Shown here one piece after another: positions 17,394 through 25,411 of a stretch of 40,750 nt of DNA. The notes beneath the pieces are model-generated. The model searched no databases, was not told the DNA's origin, and saw only the letters and a program-made list of their open reading frames with translations. The position numbers were made by a program, and so were the translations under genes. How positions within the stretch are numbered: the stretch's first letter is position 1; every line of letters starts with the position of its first letter. The stretch is from positions 1 to 40,750 of the IMG/VR virus record IMGVR_UViG_3300037470_000217; one strand, written 5' to 3'. The stretch is from a virus. Taxonomy: Duplodnaviria > Caudoviricetes.

Positions 17394-17528
17394 CTACCCC
17401 GCACTGACCATCAGTGCCACCGCCGCCACCAGTGCCGCCAGACCCAGGGTGGCGAGCCCCGCCAGGGCGAGACCCAGCCCTGCAACGACGAGCACCCCTG
17501 CTGCGAGCTTGCGAACCTCATGCTTCAT
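17394..17528 (-). CDS. Small hydrophobic membrane protein (44 aa), below the ORF-track cutoff
   Basis: MKHEVRKLAAGVLVVAGLGLALAGLATLGLAALVAAVALMVSAG; ATGA-coupled to the LPXTG gene. Confidence 0.6.
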   Translation of the reverse strand: MKHEVRKLAAGVLVVAGLGLALAGLATLGLAALVAAVALMVSAG

Positions 17529-18214
17529 GTGGTTTCCTTCTTGTTGATTGCGAACAGGACAGTGGCACCAGCCATCAGCAGGGCCACGCCCAGCGGCAGC
17601 AGCCAGTCCTCGATACCTGTGAATGGCAGCTCCTCACCTTTAACCTCAACCTCAACCTCGGGTTGAGTGGTTGTCGGTGCAGGCTGGGTCGTTGGCGTGG
17701 TCGTGCTTGAAGAATCTGTCGGTGCCTCCGTGGTGGTGGTAGGTGGTGATTGGGTAGTCGTCGTCTCCGTGATGATGGTGGTAGTTGTCGTGTCCTCGGT
17801 TACCACGGAGGTAGTTGTTGAGTCGGGTGGTGAGGTTGTTGATGTCGTCTCCTCTGGCAACGTGGTCGTAGTGGCTTGGTTGCACCCACTCAGGTCACGA
17901 ACCAGAGTGATGTTGATCACCTTGTTGACCTGTCCAACCTTGACCCACACCACTCTGAATGTGCGCTCAGTGTCGGCACTGTCGTCGGGGAAGTGGCGGG
18001 TGAAGGGGTTGCCTGGGTTGCCCAGGGTGCCCCCGTCTTGACGCTCCCTTACGATCTCGCCATCAACCTTGACATTCTTGGCACCGAAGGTGCCGTCGAA
18101 GTTGATAGTCCACCTGTCACAGTCGCCTGAACCATTGACGCTGTGCGCTATGGCGGTCGGTGCCATGAGCATGGCTAGCCCAAGTGCGGCCAGCATTACG
18201 CCTAGTTTTCTCAA
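17525..18214 (-). CDS. Secreted Thr-rich surface protein with an LPXTG sorting signal
   Basis: N-terminal signal peptide (..AIA/HS), small Cys-bounded domain, poly-Thr stalk, ELPFTG + TM helix + KK tail. Confidence 0.8.
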   Translation of the reverse strand: MRKLGVMLAALGLAMLMAPTAIAHSVNGSGDCDRWTINFDGTFGAKNVKVDGEIVRERQDGGTLGNPGNPFTRHFPDDSADTERTFRVVWVKVGQVNKVINITLVRDLSGCNQATTTTLPEETTSTTSPPDSTTTSVVTEDTTTTTIITETTTTQSPPTTTTEAPTDSSSTTTPTTQPAPTTTQPEVEVEVKGEELPFTGIEDWLLPLGVALLMAGATVLFAINKKETT

Positions 18215-18251
18215 GTGTGTTTCCCTTTTCTGTATGAGCCTGTCATGTAAT

Positions 18252-18270
18252 AGTTACACGCAGGTAGTTC
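18252..18270 (-). promoter_or_regulatory. GAACTAC-N5-TGTAACT promoter-like motif
   Basis: Perfect consensus copy in an intergenic gap. Confidence 0.7.
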
Positions 18271-18273
18271 GTT

Positions 18274-19179
18274 CTAACCCCACTGTTGTGGTGGTCTAAC
18301 CAACCCAGCCTTACCATCTTGAATCAGATGCTTCGCTGGGCAAATGTTCCACGCGCCACAGAACTTGGGGCTGCACGCCCACGAGCGGCCATCGCCGAAG
18401 CCTCCCCTCACATGAGGCGAGGCAGTAGCAGTACCCGTATCTATCTGAAGCGCCATCTCGTACATGGCGCGCAGTGCCACAGCAATCGAGTCGGCAGTAA
18501 CGGGCAGGGTCGTGTCGTCCCAGCTCCACTCGGCTGTCTGCCTGTTGTAGACCACATAGGCAGCCTCGGATACGGCAGTTAGTGCCTCGACTAGCCAGGC
18601 GTAGATAGTGTGTTGAATGTTGGACTCGGCCTTGCCCCGCTTCCACCCTCGGCCAGCCGTCTTCCAATCCCACACCTTGGCTACTGTCACGAAGTCAGCA
18701 GTGCCCCTGATCCAGACCTCACGTCCACTAGGCAGCACGCCTAAGGGGCGCTGTCTTGTTTCCTCTACGGTGAGCACTTCAAGGTGCTGGCCGACTGGCT
18801 CCCAGAAGCGTGCGATCCACAGCTTGTGTGCAGCCAGCATCTCTTGTGACTGTTGAAGCAGGTAGCTAGACGAGGCGTAGTTGAGAATGTTCTCACCCTT
18901 GTCTGCCATCTCCTCGATCCAGACCTGCATTGCCTCGGCTGGGCCATCGGCCCCGTGTCCTGTCAGGATGTGGTTGGCGTTGAGCTTGTGAACACCCGAG
19001 CCCCAAGCCATAGGCTCAGAGCTTGTGCCGTCGAAGCCTTCCTCTCCTGACAGTGCCACCCTGTATCCGCAGAGTTGGAACCCCTGCCACGACGACGGAC
19101 GTACAACCAGCGCATCGTCTGCGGGCTGGTCGCTCGCAACTGGTGCGAGGAACCCTCGGTCTACGAGAGTCAGCGTCAT
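18274..19179 (-). CDS. Cas4/RecB-like PD-(D/E)XK exonuclease
   Basis: PSSW..FQLC, GTADFV, WDWKTA, Q...Y, C-terminal [13 protein letters not shown] Fe-S-type cysteines. Confidence 0.85.
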   Translation of the reverse strand: MTLTLVDRGFLAPVASDQPADDALVVRPSSWQGFQLCGYRVALSGEEGFDGTSSEPMAWGSGVHKLNANHILTGHGADGPAEAMQVWIEEMADKGENILNYASSSYLLQQSQEMLAAHKLWIARFWEPVGQHLEVLTVEETRQRPLGVLPSGREVWIRGTADFVTVAKVWDWKTAGRGWKRGKAESNIQHTIYAWLVEALTAVSEAAYVVYNRQTAEWSWDDTTLPVTADSIAVALRAMYEMALQIDTGTATASPHVRGGFGDGRSWACSPKFCGAWNICPAKHLIQDGKAGLVRPPQQWG

Positions 19180-19805
19180 ACGATTGCGCCTCGTGTGCGC
19201 AAGTTGTCGACACTGTGACTCCCCAGGTACGCTCTCGCCAGGTTCGCTCCCTCCAGGTTCGCTCCCTCCAGGTTCGCTCCCTCCAGGTACGCTCCCCCCA
19301 GGTACGCTCTCGCCAGGTTCGCTCTCGCCAGGTTCGCTCCCTCCAGGTTCGCTCCCTCCAGGTACGCTCCCCCCAGGTACGCTCTCGCCAGGTTCGCTCT
19401 CGCCAGGTACGCTTCCTTGCCATGATTTCGGATGAGTTTGAGACCGTCCACGACTGCGAGAGTCTTGGCCTTGCGAATTTTGATCTTATTGTCGGCTTCC
19501 TGTAACAAATCCGCTTCCGAGAAGCCGACTATCAGAACAGTGACGGGCGAATATCCGCCCGAAGCCATACCAGCAACAGTCTTGGCAACAGACAGACCAT
19601 CACCAGGCTTAGTTGGACACAGATTGGGCGAATAGTTGCCAGTGTCGGCAGGATCTCTCGTCCACCTATCAGGGAAGGCCCATTGGAACCCATTACGCGT
19701 CGTGAAGTCAGGATTGACAGCCTTTAGTGCTACGTGTTTCAGTTGGCCTTGGTCAAATTCAGTATTGTCTAAGACAACGTTCAGGAATGGTTTGTAGTCA
19801 GTCAT
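19176..19805 (-). CDS. Pentapeptide-repeat protein
   Basis: 13 A(N/Y)Lxx repeats at the C-terminus; AAAGGGGAAAC RBS. Confidence 0.85.
   Translation of the reverse strand: MTDYKPFLNVVLDNTEFDQGQLKHVALKAVNPDFTTRNGFQWAFPDRWTRDPADTGNYSPNLCPTKPGDGLSVAKTVAGMASGGYSPVTVLIVGFSEADLLQEADNKIKIRKAKTLAVVDGLKLIRNHGKEAYLARANLARAYLGGAYLEGANLEGANLARANLARAYLGGAYLEGANLEGANLEGANLARAYLGSHSVDNLRTRGAIV
19218..19412. repeat. 13 x 15-bp tandem coding repeat
   Basis: Repeating CCAGGT(T/A)CGC core with 15-bp period. Confidence 0.95.
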
Positions 19806-19857
19806 TTCTGTTTCCCCTTTTCGTTTCACTCAAGGCAGACGGATACCTCGTATTCCA

Positions 19858-19882
19858 TGACGGATACCTTGCGTATCCGTCA
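19858..19882. promoter_or_regulatory. Palindromic operator-like site TGACGGATAC-N5-GTATCCGTCA
   Basis: Perfect 10-bp arms, intergenic; a further half-site at 19838-19846. Confidence 0.6.
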
Positions 19883-19901
19883 GCCCGTCCGACCTTTTCT
19901 G

Positions 19902-20609
19902 TTAGCCCGCTGCACCAGCAGCGTGGCCTTGCGTTGCGAGGCGCTGTCTCGATGACTGCACTTGCAGTCGTTCACGCAGCGCCCTCATGCGCTGATTGCC
20001 CAGCGACTGTGATCCGCCGAGGTGAGCGCTGGCATTCTGAACCGTGATACCATCAGCCACCATCCGCAGGACATCCCGCTCTTTCTCAGTCGCCACGGTC
20101 CACGCTTCGATCAGACGAGGGTCAGTCATCTGTGTCTCATCGAACGGAGACTGCGAATCAGTGTCGAAGCTGAGGTTGTAGACAATCCTGTCCTTCACCT
20201 CGTTCGCTTCGACCGCTGCCGAAGCTGTGCCGTGACGTGTTCTCGATGCGTACTTATAGGCCAGGTCTTCGAGCGAGCTGGGTTCTTTGATTGGCCCGCT
20301 ACCCACGTCCCACTGTCTGCGTATGCCAGCCCTGAACTCGTCGCCCGCCTGCTGTGCAGCATCAGCCAGGCTCAAGCCTTGACTCTTGACCAGGCCGATG
20401 CACAGTGCCATCACGGACAGGTGTACGTTGGCGTAGCCGCCCTCGATTTCGAGGATGCGGCGCTCATGGAACTTCCACCAGGGCAGATTCCTACCCTGCT
20501 TGATCGACCAAGAGACCAGCTTGGTCGCCTCGTCTGGCTCATGGTCGAGCCCTGCATCATCGAGCGCTAGACGTACGCGCTCGACGTATCTCTCACTGAG
20601 GAGAGGCAT
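19902..20609 (-). CDS. Sigma-factor-like / LuxR-type HTH transcriptional regulator
   Basis: C-terminal TEKERDVLRMVADGITVQNASAHLGGSQ....QRMRALRERL HTH; 235 aa, the size of an ECF sigma. Confidence 0.6.
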   Translation of the reverse strand: MPLLSERYVERVRLALDDAGLDHEPDEATKLVSWSIKQGRNLPWWKFHERRILEIEGGYANVHLSVMALCIGLVKSQGLSLADAAQQAGDEFRAGIRRQWDVGSGPIKEPSSLEDLAYKYASRTRHGTASAAVEANEVKDRIVYNLSFDTDSQSPFDETQMTDPRLIEAWTVATEKERDVLRMVADGITVQNASAHLGGSQSLGNQRMRALRERLQVQSSRQRLATQGHAAGAAG

Positions 20610-20677
20610 GTTGTTTCCCCTTTACTGACACGCTCCGCTACCCCGAAGCTGATGACGTGAAATCTCCACGTCCCGCT

Positions 20678-20696
20678 AGTTACAAGGCAGTAGTTC
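20678..20696 (-). promoter_or_regulatory. GAACTAC-N5-TGTAACT promoter-like motif upstream of the sigma-like gene
   Basis: Perfect consensus copy; operator-like palindromes at 20727-20744, 20852-20871 and 20933-20952 lie upstream. Confidence 0.7.
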
Positions 20697-20766
20697 CTGC
20701 CTTAGCGTGCCCGCCCCAACCGCGATCAGATACTTTCGTATCTGTCGCCTCCCGTCCCGCCTCAGA

Positions 20767-21024
20767 TCACCTATCAACCATCCTTTCGTCTCGTCGTTTC
20801 GTGTTGCGATCGAGCGCTACCCCGCACCGATCACACCTGATAGCTACGCGAACAGATTCAAATGCATCTGTCGCACCAACTTCCCTCACCCACTCAGCAA
20901 GCAAGGCTTGAGTCACCCTTGCCCATTCGTGATCGGATGCAGTTGCATCCGACACAGGCCCGAGCCCAGCCCTACACTTAGGCGAGCAGGCGACAGCGCC
21001 TGACTCGCTGATGCTGGCCCTCAC
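20767..21024 (-). CDS. Hypothetical protein (CSPKC, CDRC)
   Basis: GTGA-coupled to the upstream gene. Confidence 0.45.
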   Translation of the reverse strand: MRASISESGAVACSPKCRAGLGPVSDATASDHEWARVTQALLAEWVREVGATDAFESVRVAIRCDRCGVALDRNTKRRDERMVDR

Positions 21025-21278
21025 TGTTCCTCGTGTTCTCGAACCAACTGTTGAACCTCATCGTCAAACTCCTGTTCAGCGAACAAGAACGTGTGAATGT
21101 CCTCGGCTATCTGTTCGAGCTGTTGTTCGGTGAGCGTCACCGAATGCGGTGAGGCAACCATCCCCGAAGGGGAACGGTGCCAAGTGCGCAGTCGATAGCC
21201 TCCATCGAGGGTCTGCCATAGCTCGTAGCCTGTGGTTGTGTCTCCGACCTTGACTCGTGCGTGACTGATCGTGTTCAT
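21021..21278 (-). CDS. Hypothetical protein
   Basis: AAAGGGGAGAG RBS; ATGA coupling. Confidence 0.65.
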   Translation of the reverse strand: MNTISHARVKVGDTTTGYELWQTLDGGYRLRTWHRSPSGMVASPHSVTLTEQQLEQIAEDIHTFLFAEQEFDDEVQQLVREHEEQ

Positions 21279-21484
21279 GCTCTCCCCTTTCTTGCGGCTC
21301 GCACTTCGCTCTCGCGATAAGCGTGCCAGCTTCCATCAACCAGATACCAGTGAGCTGTTGCATCTTTGCTTACAGCCTCGTCGTACCTCTGATACGTGCC
21401 CCGTCTGCGTGGCACCTTGAACCACAAGCCTGTGGCCTTGTCGCTCATGGGCGTGGAAGACGTAGGCTTATTGCGTCCCGTCAC
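21275..21484 (-). CDS. Hypothetical protein
   Basis: GTGA-coupled start. Confidence 0.5.
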   Translation of the reverse strand: MTGRNKPTSSTPMSDKATGLWFKVPRRRGTYQRYDEAVSKDATAHWYLVDGSWHAYRESEVRAARKGRA

Positions 21485-21603
21485 TCGATGCCCTGAGCTA
21501 CTCGCCACGACAAGTCCCTTAGCTCATGACCGATCAAGGCCAGGGTGATGATTGAACCCATAGACAGTGCCAACGAGGCCAGTTCAGTCAATGACTCAAC
21601 CAT
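21481..21603 (-). CDS. Small protein with one hydrophobic segment (40 aa)
   Basis: Read manually; GAGGA RBS; fills the gap. Confidence 0.45.
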   Translation of the reverse strand: MVESLTELASLALSMGSIITLALIGHELRDLSWRVAQGIE

Positions 21604-21745
21604 GATTCAGTTCCTCTTGTGTGTATGAATCAAGCCTTGTGCCGAACACCGTTGTGTGTTCGGTGCTCGCATGCTCGGTGCTCTGGCAGTACGCACACGA
21701 TCTGATGATCGGGAAGCGTGCGAGTTGAGTGGTCAACCACTCCAT
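21596..21745 (-). CDS. Small CxxC/His protein (49 aa)
   Basis: ATG 3 nt after AAAGGGGAAAC. Confidence 0.55.
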   Translation of the reverse strand: MEWLTTQLARFPIIRSCAYCQSTEHASTEHTTVFGTRLDSYTQEELNHG

Positions 21746-21771
21746 ACTGTTTCCCCTTTCTCGTCGCGGAC

Positions 21772-22020
21772 CTACCGCGACTCTTGGCGTTCCTTGCGCA
21801 GTGCCGACACGTCCGCAACGCTCATCCCCTGAAAGCCCTTCCTCAACCATTCATCGAGTTGAAGGTCGAAGGTCACAATGTCCGCAGGATCAGAGCTAGC
21901 TGTCCTCGAATAGTCACTGACGCCAACCAATCTGAAGGATTGGTGGCCGACGAATGCTGATGCATTCTTCGTTCCGACGAGGCGAAAGCCTCGATCGGAT
22001 TGAATGGCAACAGTGCCCAT
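21772..22020 (-). CDS. Hypothetical protein, first gene of the leftward operon
   Basis: ATG 3 nt after AAAGGGGAAAC; variant promoter motif at 22072-22090. Confidence 0.6.
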   Translation of the reverse strand: MGTVAIQSDRGFRLVGTKNASAFVGHQSFRLVGVSDYSRTASSDPADIVTFDLQLDEWLRKGFQGMSVADVSALRKERQESR

Positions 22021-22099
22021 CTGGTTTCCCCTTTCATGAGGGTTCGCCCAATGCGAACCCGACATGCATACAGTTACACGAGCACAGTTAGACCAGGAC

Positions 22100-22520
22100 T
22101 TAACTAAAGCCCCTTACACTGTAAGCAGGGCTTAACCAAGAGTTGTACCAGCACCAGTAGGGGGGGCCAGTACTAGTGTAAAAAGAGACTGGCACTTGGC
22201 TTGGGGAAACTTGTTTGCTGGTAAAGGTGCCTCTTACACTGGTCGGGCGCTCTTGCAGCGCCCTCAAGCTGGTATCCAGGTCAGGTCGGCACTGTTGTCA
22301 GTGCCTTCCCCTTCTTATCTTGTGGCTGAGTGGTTCGGGAGCCCTTCAGGGGCTCCGAACCTGCGGGCACAGGTTCCCCCCCAGGTAATCTGGGAGAGGA
22401 ACCATGCTGGTCAACGATATGTTTCGTTCACTGGCTGTGCTGGCAGGCACTGTTCCCCACACCTATCACTTGTGCTCAAGGTGTCGTGGTCGGGGTCAGC
22501 CCGAAGAAGGGCTGACTAAC
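22100..22520 (-). other. Hairpin-dense non-coding region (ncRNA or origin candidate)
   Basis: At least six strong inverted repeats; no convincing ORF. Confidence 0.5.
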
Positions 22521-22734
22521 CGTGTGTCGCCAACAACTCATCAACCACAGCTCGGACACGCCTTGACCTGTGATGCTCACACGGTTTCGAGGTCCGCATC
22601 TCAGTCTCCCTCAGTGCGGAGAGGGGCTAACGCTGGCATATCGCGGGCCTTCGGTCGGCCAACCATGGACAGGGATCGGAGTGTTGTCACGATCCCCTCT
22701 TATCTATCTGTCAGTTTGTCCAGATCGGTGTATG

Positions 22735-22896
22735 TCAGGCGTGCGAGCCAGGCGAGCGATACTGCGCTCGACTGATGAACCGCCAGCCATCATCTTCGAC
22801 ATGGCTGTCGAAGGTACACACCTCACTGCATTGGTCGTTGTGACGACCGCGCTCCATCCAGGCGTTCAGCCTGGACTCTTTGGGTAATGCTTCCAC
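22735..22896 (-). CDS. Probable leaderless small protein (53 aa)
   Basis: GTG exactly 7 nt after the motif at 22904-22922. Confidence 0.45.
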   Translation of the reverse strand: MEALPKESRLNAWMERGRHNDQCSEVCTFDSHVEDDGWRFISRAQYRSPGSHA

Positions 22897-22903
22897 TTCC
22901 CAT

Positions 22904-22922
22904 AGTTACAAGCCACTAGTTC
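22904..22922 (-). promoter_or_regulatory. GAACTAG-N5-TGTAACT leftward promoter-like motif
   Basis: One mismatch to consensus; divergent from the 23212-23230 copy. Confidence 0.65.
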
Positions 22923-23211
22923 CCTCTCGGTGTGAACTCCTGGTGCGGCACTGTGAGTGACTAGTCAGTTGGTGTGATCTGGGACGCACGGCCCATAGAG
23001 AAGTGGCTAGTCACAGGCGACAGTGCTTATGGGGTAGCCGCGTCATCCTCTCCAGGTATCGCGGGCCTCTAGACGGCGGACGGTGGCCGAGTCAGAAAGG
23101 GGAAACTTAAAGACCCCAGCCACCTTCCGCCTGTGACGAATACAATTGCATCCGTCACGCACCCCTGCATCATACACATCTCAGCCGCACGTCAAGCCGT
23201 TCATTTCAGGG

Positions 23212-23230
23212 GAACTACTCGTGTGTAACT
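23212..23230 (+). promoter_or_regulatory. GAACTAC-N5-TGTAACT rightward promoter-like motif
   Basis: Only + strand copy; located exactly where gene orientation switches; GTG start 7 nt downstream. Confidence 0.7.
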
Positions 23231-23237
23231 ATGGGGT

Positions 23238-23519
23238 GTGGAAACTCCAGACACCATCCAGTTTGCAAACCTGGCCCTGATCCGCAAGAGGATCAACCTC
23301 CGAGACGAAGACACTCCCGTCATCGTTTCGTTCTCCGAACTCGACATTCCTTCCGTCGCTTTCCAAGGTCTCATCACCACCATCTCGCATGTCGAAGGAA
23401 CCATCTACGACGTTGTGATTTCTGTCTCTCACCTTCCAGACGACTATCTGGCGAAGTTGCAGGAGGCTGAGGATGCAGCCCGAGCTGAAGCCTTCGAGGC
23501 CATCGGGGGTGAGGAGTGA
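23238..23519 (+). CDS. Hypothetical protein, probably leaderless
   Basis: First rightward ORF; GTGA-coupled to the next gene. Confidence 0.65.
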   Translation: METPDTIQFANLALIRKRINLRDEDTPVIVSFSELDIPSVAFQGLITTISHVEGTIYDVVISVSHLPDDYLAKLQEAEDAARAEAFEAIGGEE

Positions 23520-23740
23520 GGCGCACTGACTGGCGCACTCCTGACGGCCGCTTGTCTCGTCAGAGCGGAGACATGGCGACTCGTGCCATGACTCGTGATG
23601 ATCTGATCGAACTCGTCAAGGCCGAAGGCGGAGTTGTTACCGAGCCCGAGTTCGACGCCTTTGGTGTCGCATCCCTGCCGCTCAGCGGCTCCTCGCTCAG
23701 CACCTATTTGGTGCTGAGTATCGGAAACACGCATGAGTGA
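23516..23740 (+). CDS. Hypothetical protein
   Basis: GAGGAG RBS; coupled. Confidence 0.55.
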   Translation: MRRTDWRTPDGRLSRQSGDMATRAMTRDDLIELVKAEGGVVTEPEFDAFGVASLPLSGSSLSTYLVLSIGNTHE

Positions 23741-23915
23741 GTTCCTTGGTGAGTTCCTGTTCAAGGGTGTGCTGATCCTGACTAGTGTCACGGCTGGCGT
23801 TTTCTTGGGGCGAGGCTGGGAGGCTATTCGTCGCACTAGGCCACTCTTGGCCGACTTCAGCTTGGGCGTGTTCTGCGCAGTCCTGTTGGCACTGTTGGTG
23901 ATCTCTGGTGGCTGA
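23733..23915 (+). CDS. Small two-TM membrane protein
   Basis: Two hydrophobic segments; overlaps both neighbours. Confidence 0.55.
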   Translation: MSEFLGEFLFKGVLILTSVTAGVFLGRGWEAIRRTRPLLADFSLGVFCAVLLALLVISGG

Positions 23916-24153
23916 CCTGACAGTCATCGAAGGAGGACGAGACCCGTCCTCGATCACTGCCGTGGCTGACATGATGGGTTTGGAGCCCAGCACCATCCCC
24001 CTCTACGGCCTGACGATCATGGCTTTCAGCGACCTTGATGGTCGCAAGGTCTTCGGCTACACGATCCACGGCACTCGCAACAACGTGAAGCTCATCGGGC
24101 TACTCAACCTGACGCTGTACGAATTGTGCCGTGAGGCCGAGGGGGAGCTGTGA
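23908..24153 (+). CDS. Hypothetical protein
   Basis: LTVIEGG motif; fits the operon. Confidence 0.6.
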   Translation: MADLTVIEGGRDPSSITAVADMMGLEPSTIPLYGLTIMAFSDLDGRKVFGYTIHGTRNNVKLIGLLNLTLYELCREAEGEL

Positions 24154-24192
24154 GTGCTGTCTGGACAAACGGACGGGTTCTTAGAGGACCAC

Positions 24193-24687
24193 ATGGCTCA
24201 GACAGCAACAGATCACACGGATAAACGATACGGCCATCTCGTGGCGATAAGGCCTGCTGGTGTGGCTTCCGATCGTCACATTCTGTGGTTGTGTGTTTGC
24301 GACTGTGGGAATGAGGTTGTCACACGCTGGACTGCTCAAGCAACTTGTGGGTGTCGATCGTGGGGGAAGACCCTTGGTCACGCACGTAAATCTGGAGCGT
24401 CCAGAACCTATCGCTCATGGGACTCCATGCGATCTCGATGCAACAATGTCGCACGCCAAACGTACAAGGACTACGGCGGTCGGGGAATCACCATTGATCC
24501 CCGCTGGGATTCCTTCGCCAACTTCCTAGCTGACATGGGCGAGCGGCCCGAGGGTATGACCCTCGACCGTATTGACAACGATGGGGATTACACGCCAGAA
24601 AATTGCCGCTGGGCCACCCCGCAGGAGCAGGCACAGAACAGGCGACCCAGGTCAGAGTGGGGGACATCATCTTTATCGAGGGTGTAG
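24193..24687 (+). CDS. HNH homing endonuclease (copy 1)
   Basis: [48 protein letters not shown]; TCTGGACA motif at 24160. Confidence 0.9.
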   Translation: MAQTATDHTDKRYGHLVAIRPAGVASDRHILWLCVCDCGNEVVTRWTAQATCGCRSWGKTLGHARKSGASRTYRSWDSMRSRCNNVARQTYKDYGGRGITIDPRWDSFANFLADMGERPEGMTLDRIDNDGDYTPENCRWATPQEQAQNRRPRSEWGTSSLSRV

Positions 24688-24956
24688 TGGGTATATGTGG
24701 GTGCGGCCTCGAAGTGCATGTTGATGACGTGCGGATCATCGCCGTCGTAGACGGCTCAGTCGAATACACCAGCAAAGATCACTGCGTAGTCGTCGTCTCC
24801 CCTCAAACCCACCTTCTCGCCTCACGCTACCTGCGAGCCAAAGCGAACCACACGTTTCGTGATCCTTCCGACGAGGAGCTGATCCTCTTGGAGTTCGAGC
24901 AGGCTTTGGAAGATGTCAGGACTCCTAGCGACTTGGAGCGCTCGTGGGCAACGTAG
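24687..24956 (+). CDS. Hypothetical protein
   Basis: GTG overlaps the HNH stop (TAGTG). Confidence 0.5.
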   Translation: MGICGCGLEVHVDDVRIIAVVDGSVEYTSKDHCVVVVSPQTHLLASRYLRAKANHTFRDPSDEELILLEFEQALEDVRTPSDLERSWAT

Positions 24957-25411
24957 CTACCAGCCCCAAGTTCTGGGGGCCAGGGGAATCGTTCCAAACT
25001 GGCAGCCAGGACAAACGCGACAGGATGGCACTGTATGTCGAATACCTGCTGACCCCCACGGAACAGCGCCAACCTCGTACCAAGCGTGAGTTCGCCGAGT
25101 CTCTCGGCATCACCACAGCCACCCTTAGCAACTATGGCCGCGAGCCTTACGTGCAGCGTGAGCTTGCTGAACGGGCTAGGGCCGTAGCCCGAGTGGACCT
25201 GCTTCCTGACGTGATCGATGCGCTTTACGCCCAGGCTAGAGACCCCGAGAACTCGCGGTCAGTGCAGGCAGCCAAGACTCTCATTGACTGGCTCGATCGG
25301 ACTTCCCCCGTGAGGGAGACACCCCTCGATTTGGAGGGCCTTGATGAGGATGCACTCGTGACGCTTGCGATGGAACTACTTCAGCGCAGCTCAGACAAGA
25401 AAGGGGACTAA
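24944..25411 (+). CDS. Terminase small subunit-like HTH protein
   Basis: TKREFAESLGITTATLSNY HTH, then VIDALY..A....VQAAK.L; upstream of TerL. Confidence 0.7.
   Translation: MGNVATSPKFWGPGESFQTGSQDKRDRMALYVEYLLTPTEQRQPRTKREFAESLGITTATLSNYGREPYVQRELAERARAVARVDLLPDVIDALYAQARDPENSRSVQAAKTLIDWLDRTSPVRETPLDLEGLDEDALVTLAMELLQRSSDKKGD

Noticed and set aside
19218-19412. CRISPR-like array next to a Cas4-like gene
   Set aside because: These are contiguous 15-bp coding repeats with no spacers, and the nuclease is a stand-alone phage Cas4/RecB-like exonuclease
19016-19505. Alternative-frame repeat ORFs (RERTW, QVRS and PPGSL repeats)
   Set aside because: Shadow frames of the pentapeptide repeat; only the A(N/Y)Lxx frame has an RBS and operon coupling
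22186-22460. Regularly spaced GGCAC(T/A)G repeats as a mini-array
   Set aside because: The repeats are too short and unevenly spaced (about 78-97 bp) to call an array; covered under the hairpin-rich region
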